Source: Scyliorhinus canicula
Taxonomy: Eukaryota
NCBI RefSeq assembly: GCF_902713615.1
Contig: NC_052162.1
Span: 122,439,727-122,503,726 of the forward strand
DNA length: 64,000 nt
Direction: 5' to 3'
The notes under the pieces were generated by a model. The model was not told the origin of the DNA. It searched no databases and saw only the letters and a list, made by a program, of their open reading frames with translations. Below, piece by piece: positions 58,838 through 64,000 of the stretch. Position 1 is the first letter of the stretch. The number at the start of each line of letters is the position of its first letter. The position numbers and the translations under genes were made by a program.

Positions 58838-59942
58838 TTTTTTAAAACATTTTATTGAGGCATTTATGCTTTTATAACAATAAGCGATACAAATATAAAC
58901 ATAGTTTAGTGCGTAAACATCCCTCCATCTCCCACTGCTCCCGCTTACTCTGGACACAAAATAGCTGAACTCCCCCCCATCTCATCACCCCCCTCCCCTT
59001 TATTGCCTCTGCTGACAGTTTAGTTTTATCTGAAGAAGTCAATAAACGGCTAGAGAGAAGAGGGAGAGAGAGACAGCCCCCCCCCCCCCCCCCCCCCCCC
59101 CAACCACACTCAGGGGATCCCGGATATGGTGGTGTCGAGAGTAGGAGTAAGGGAGGGAAGGTTTCCGAGATCTACAAGGAACTGATGAAGTGGGAGGGAG
59201 CCCCGAGGGAGGTGAAGCAAAAGTGGGATGAAGAGCTGGGTGGGGAGTTGGAGGCCGGATTATGGGAGGAGGCCCTGAGGCGAGTCAATGCGTCCTCGTC
59301 CTGTGCCAGGCTCAGCCTAATACAATTCAAGGTGGTCCATAGAGCGCACAGGGCGGGGGTGCAGATCAGCAGATTCTTTGAGGGGCTGGAAGACAGTTGT
59401 GGGCGCTGTGTGGGGGGACCTGTGAACCATGTTTATTTGTTCTGGGCATGTCCGAGGCTGAGAGGTTTCTGGCAGGGGTTTGCTGACCTCCTGTCAGAAG
59501 TATTAAAGGCGAAGGTGGTACCGAGTCCAGAGGTGGCGATCTTTGATGTGTGGGAAGATCCAGGAGCCCATGGGGTGGAGAGGCCGATGTTCTGGCCTTT
59601 GCCTCTCTGGTGGCCCAGAGACGGATCCTACTGGGATGGAGGGACTCGGAACCCCCGAAGTTTGGAAAATCAAGTTCACCTTGAGGGGATCGTTACAGGG
59701 GTTTGCCGCTCATTGACGTCTTCAAGAAAAAGTAAGCTGTGAGCAGGGGTGGGGCATGGGGGTTTGAGTAAGGTTAGGAACACCAGTGGAAAGGGAGGCT
59801 GGGGAAGGAGGTCCTGTTTGTGTAAGCCATGTTGGCTGGGGTTTGTTACTGGATGGGTGTGCTGTTTTGTTCCTTTTGATACCTGATGGTTAAAATTGTT
59901 ACAATTATAAATGCTTTAATAAAATATTTTCTTAAAAAAAGT
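58838..59942. mobile_element. two divergent L1 3' ends separated by a C-run
   Basis: minus-strand 3' UTR and A-tail at 58838-59052; plus-strand ORF2 C-terminus (KWDEELGG..CARLSLIQFKVVHR..CGRC..FWAC) ending in AATAAA and an A-tail. Confidence 0.8.
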
Positions 59943-60030
59943 TTCTTCTTTCTACTGATTCCAGCTCCGACAACAGGTCACAGCATCTTCAGCCCTCAGC
60001 TCTGTTACTGGGCTGTCATTGACATGAGCC

Positions 60031-60225
60031 ATGATGTGGAGATGCCGGCGTTGGACTGGGGTGAGCACAACTGGGGTTACAACACCAGGTTAAAGTCCAA
60101 CAGGTTTGTTTCAAACACGAGCTTTTGGAGCACAGATTCACCTGAGGAAGGAGCTGCGCTCCGAAAGCTCGTGTTTGAAACAAACCTGTTGGATTTAACC
60201 TGGTGTCGTAAGACTTCTTACTGTG
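60031..60225. mobile_element. fold-back Penelope-like fragment
   Basis: same family as 1056-1254; attgacatgagc duplicated at 60018-60029 and 60226-60237. Confidence 0.8.
60139..60173 (+). ncRNA. minimal hammerhead ribozyme motif
   Basis: CAC-CUGAGGA-A-GGAGC-UGC-GCUCC-GAAA-GCUC-GUG. Confidence 0.75.
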
Positions 60226-60689
60226 ATTGACATGAGCAACAGAGAGACAGCAAGTTGCCTGAGGATTAAATGGGAAGTTGAAACTTGTGGCTCTAAACCA
60301 ACTGTGCAAGATCTGTCAAGATCAGTAATTTAAAAAAATAAATTGTAAACCCAGTGAACAAATTAATGAGTCATAAGACAAAAACTTCAAGTTTTATGAC
60401 TTTTCCTGCAACATACAAACTAGAAACAACACTGCCTAAACACTATTTTTATAAAGAATGCATTCATTAAACTATAAATAGGATGTTGCCCTTTTACTTT
60501 GAACACAATCAAAAATCGCACTCCATGGTAACGTCGCTGAAGTGGTCACTCAATTCCCTTGGAACCAGTCCAATGTGACTCTTCGTTCCTGTGTTTACTT
60601 CCATTCTATTCCTTTGCCTGACTGGCAACCCTTAATCCCAGAAGTGTCTTGCAGTGATGGTTCTCCTGATGATATTCAGGTCCTGATAT

Positions 60690-61303
60690 AATAATAATCT
60701 TAATTGTCACAAGTAGGCTTACATTAACACTTTAGAATTAGAACAGTACAGCACAGAACAGGCCCTTCGGCCCTCGATGTTGTGCCGAGCAATGATCACC
60801 CTACTCAAGCCCACGTATACCTATCCCAGTAACCCAACAACCCCCATTAACCTTATTTTTTAGGACACTAAGGGCAATTTAGCCTGGCCAATCCACCTAA
60901 CCCGCACATCTTTGGACTGTGGGAGGAAACCGGAGCACCCGGAGGAAACCCACGCACACACGGGGAGGATGTGCAGACTCCGCACAGACAGTGACCCAGC
61001 CGGGAATCGAACCTGGGACCCTGGAGCTGTGAAGCATTTATGCTAACCACCATGCTACCGTGTTGCCCAACACTGCAATGAAGTTGCCAGGAAAAGCCCA
61101 AAGTCGCCACATTCCGGCGCCTGTTTGGGTAGAGGGAGAATTCAGAATGTCCAAATTACCTAACAGCACATCTTTCGGGACTTGTGGGAGGAAACCCACA
61201 CACATGTGGAGAACGTGCAGACTCCGCACAGACAGTGACCCAAGCCGGGAATCGAACCTGGCACCCTGGTGCTGTAAAGCAACAGTGCTAACCACCATGC
61301 CGC
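60690..61303 (-). mobile_element. SINE (gacaata tail type) with a nested HE1 at ~60733-61068
   Basis: host tail split by a full HE1; aacact repeated at both junctions. Confidence 0.8.
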
Positions 61304-61970
61304 TCATAACCAAGTGACTCTTCCAAATCCTGAAGTCTTTTTTTCTGCAAATCATCATCTAATATCGTGTAAAAGGTATTCACAAATGGAAATTAAGAAC
61401 AGACAGTTCTAGTTCCTGTGAAACATTCTTTCCTCAAAAGCTGTAAATCGCCATCCAACACTCTCCCCCTCCATCTCACTCTGCTGTATCTAATATTCAC
61501 CCTCCCAATTCTCTGAAGGTGCTGATTCAGGCTGATTGACAGATCCCTGCTCACTGCTTCCTATACTGGACAGAGGCCTGAAATTCTCCATGCAGACTGC
61601 CAGACAGAAATATGTCTATATTACTGAACTAAAAATGTGTGCAACATACAGATTGGATTCACTTCCTTTCTCTTCAGTTGCTGCAAGTCACCAATGTCCC
61701 CTCAGAATGAGAAAATAAATGGAAAGATAAAGTAGACTTGGAGCAGCTGCTGCCTCTTGCGGGGCATTCCAGAATGAGAGGTAACAGTCTTACGATAAGC
61801 GGTAGCAAATTCAAAACAGTTATAATTTTAAAATAAATTCAGTGTACCCAACTATTTTTTTTACAATTAAGGTGCAATTTAGTGTGGCCAATCCACCTAC
61901 TCTGCACATCTTTGGGTTGTGGGGGTGAAACCTACACAGACACGGGGAGAAAGTGCAAATTCCAGACAGT

Positions 61971-62124
61971 ATGTGGAGATGTCGGCGTTGGACTGGGGTG
62001 AGCACAGTAAGAAGTCTTACAACACCAGGATTCACCTGAGGAAGGAGCAGTGCTCCGAAAGCTCGTGTTTGAAACAAATCTGTTGGACTTTAACCTGGTG
62101 TTGTAAGACTTCTTACTGTGCACA
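61971..62124. mobile_element. fold-back Penelope-like fragment
   Basis: third copy, shorter inverted arm; cagacagta on both flanks. Confidence 0.75.
62033..62067 (+). ncRNA. minimal hammerhead ribozyme motif
   Basis: CAC-CUGAGGA-A-GGAGC-AGU-GCUCC-GAAA-GCUC-GUG. Confidence 0.75.
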
Positions 62125-62404
62125 CAGACAGTAACCCAGGGCCGGGATTGAACCCAGGTCCTCAGTGCCGTAGACAGCAGTGCTAACCACTGGCCAACGT
62201 GCTGCCCTATTCAAAACAGAGTTGAGGAGAAACTGCTTCTCCCAAGGGCTGTGAATCTGTGGAATTCACGACCCCAGAGTGAGGTGGAGCTGGGACAGTG
62301 AGTAAGTTTAGGGAGGAGTTAGACAGGTTTTTAATCGGTTTGAAGGATTATACTTGATGGGTGAAATGGCCTAATTCTGCTCCTATATCTTATGACCTTC
62401 TGAA

Positions 62405-63238
62405 AGGGGGAGACATTGATTTGCTCCCAGATGTTGCCCAGAGGAGGAAGTTTTAGTCTGAAACTCATTGTCCAACCTCCACATTGTGACATCACAAAGG
62501 AGCTCGTCCTCTGAATCAACCAATAGGAATAAATCCGTTCCGCAGTGACGTTATGCATTTGAGCCCACCGGCGCGGTGCGCGGACACGGGAGCTCCGCCC
62601 CCGCCCTTTATTCCCCTCCCCCAGCACATTGTCAAGTCGGTTTCCATGCAACCGGCTGACAGTTCCGGCCGTTGTTGCCCCCCCCCCCCCCCAGACCCGG
62701 GACTGCGCATGTCCAAGGGGAGGAGAAGTTGCGCATGTGCCGGGGAGCTCACTTCTGCTGACCTTACTGCTGAGGATTGACCAATGGGAAGATAGGAAAA
62801 CCGGAAGGACTCTGTTCCTCCGCCAATCAGAGCTCCCCCATTTTCTCAATGCGGAAGCTGGACATGGAGGTTTGTGCCGAGCAAAGCTGTTGTTCCCCCA
62901 ACCCTGAGTGAGCTTGAGCTGCACACAGACTTAAACCTCCTCCTGTCTCCAACATCTGTGAGTAAAACACTTTCTTTCCTCGCCCTTTCCATTTCTTTTC
63001 TAATTCTCACCTTCAATTGGTCACTTCCAGCAACTGAAGAGAAAGGAAGTGAATTCAGGGAGGGTGCAAACTCTGCAAAGCTTGGCCCAGGTCTCTCTCT
63101 CTTAAAGACATTAACATCCTTTGCTCCCTCAGTTTGACACATTTATTTGTCAGGCTAAAAGGATGGTCTCTTTCCTAATGTTAACAATTACAGGGCTGGT
63201 TTCCCCAGGAGATGGCTGACATTTAAGGAGACAGTAAA
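62405..63238 (+). promoter_or_regulatory. ZNF promoter/exon-1 module for a plus-strand gene beyond the right edge
   Basis: tgcgcatg twice, CCAAT x3, GC box, CCGGAAG; donor GTGAGT at 62958; homologous to 10730-11475. Confidence 0.7.
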
Positions 63239-63505
63239 CAGGACAAATGCAACCCAGCCAATTTGTCGCCCTTTCAGTCTACTCTCTATCATCAGCAAAG
63301 TGTTGGAAGGAGTCGTGAATAGTGCCATCAAGTGGCACTTACTCAGCAATAACCTGCTCACGGATGCTCAGTTTGGGTTCTGCCAGGGTCACTCAGCTCC
63401 TGACCTCGTTGCAGTCTGGGTTGAAACATGGACATGAATGCCAGAGGTGAGGTGAGAGTGACTGCCCTTGACGTCAAGGCAGCATTTGACCGAGTATGGA
63501 AACCA
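63239..63505 (+). mobile_element. CR1/L2-group RT fragment
   Basis: SLLSIISKVLE..QFGF..ALDVKAAFDRVW. Confidence 0.7.
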
Positions 63506-64000
63506 CGAGCCTCAGCCACACTGTAATCGGACAGTTATGTCCACTGTTGTTATATGGAATATATTAGATATATTATTGATGGTTTTGTAATAAAATACAT
63601 ATATATTTCTAGTTTAGTCATATAGTACTGTACCTACATTATATATTTCCAGTCGTACAATCATTGCAGCACTGACAGAATCCATTTGTTAACTCGAGTC
63701 AATGCTGACTCTCTGTACAGCAATCCAGTCAGTCCTATTCCCCCTCAATATCCCGGTTCCCCTGCAAGTTTATTTTCTTCAATTTCATTTTGAATTATTG
63801 GTCATCTCGACTTCCACAACTCCACAACCATTGTGGGCAGTGAGTTCCTCAAAATGATCACTCTGTGACGAAATAAAATTCTTCCTCAGAATCTCCCCAT
63901 CTCTAATCAGTAAATATACTACAATGGAGATTCTCTACTGTACAGGTTGTAATGAGTTTAGATTTGTTGATCAGCATCAATCAGCACCTTCATAAGAATT

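Larger units (their letters stand above)
61820..62207 (-). mobile_element. HE1-body A-tail SINE hosting a Penelope-like fragment
   Basis: attcaaaacag duplicated on both flanks. Confidence 0.8.

Overview
Eukaryotic (vertebrate) DNA. The repeat content points to a cartilaginous fish, probably a shark: HE1/V-SINE-type SINEs, HER1/CR1 LINEs, a Deu-domain SINE and Penelope-derived fragments. The window is a cluster of KRAB-less tandem C2H2 zinc-finger genes: four ATG-started ORFs of about 8-9 fingers, one 9-finger ORF whose start is CTG, and three pseudogenes or fragments. They share a layout of CpG-island exon 1, a GTGAGT donor, an intron, and an acceptor exon with fossil fingers followed by the MEKPWKC ORF. 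They lie head-to-head around an inverted-repeat promoter cassette and tail-to-tail with mirror-image 3' flanks. A ~1.26 kb-period tRNA-Glu array (2 plausible genes, 3 decayed copies) abuts the cluster at about 3.9-9.3 kb. The rest is nested mobile DNA: L1, CR1/HER1, Rex1/Babar, Gypsy, a solo LTR, a hAT MITE and several SINE families. The most notable signals are three tiny fold-back Penelope-type insertions with hammerhead ribozyme motifs, the palindromic bidirectional ZNF promoter module, shared in-frame TGA codons in fossil fingers, and one SINE body found with three different LINE-type tails. Repeat boundaries are approximate unless a TSD is cited. Repeat family names come from motif recognition, not database searches.
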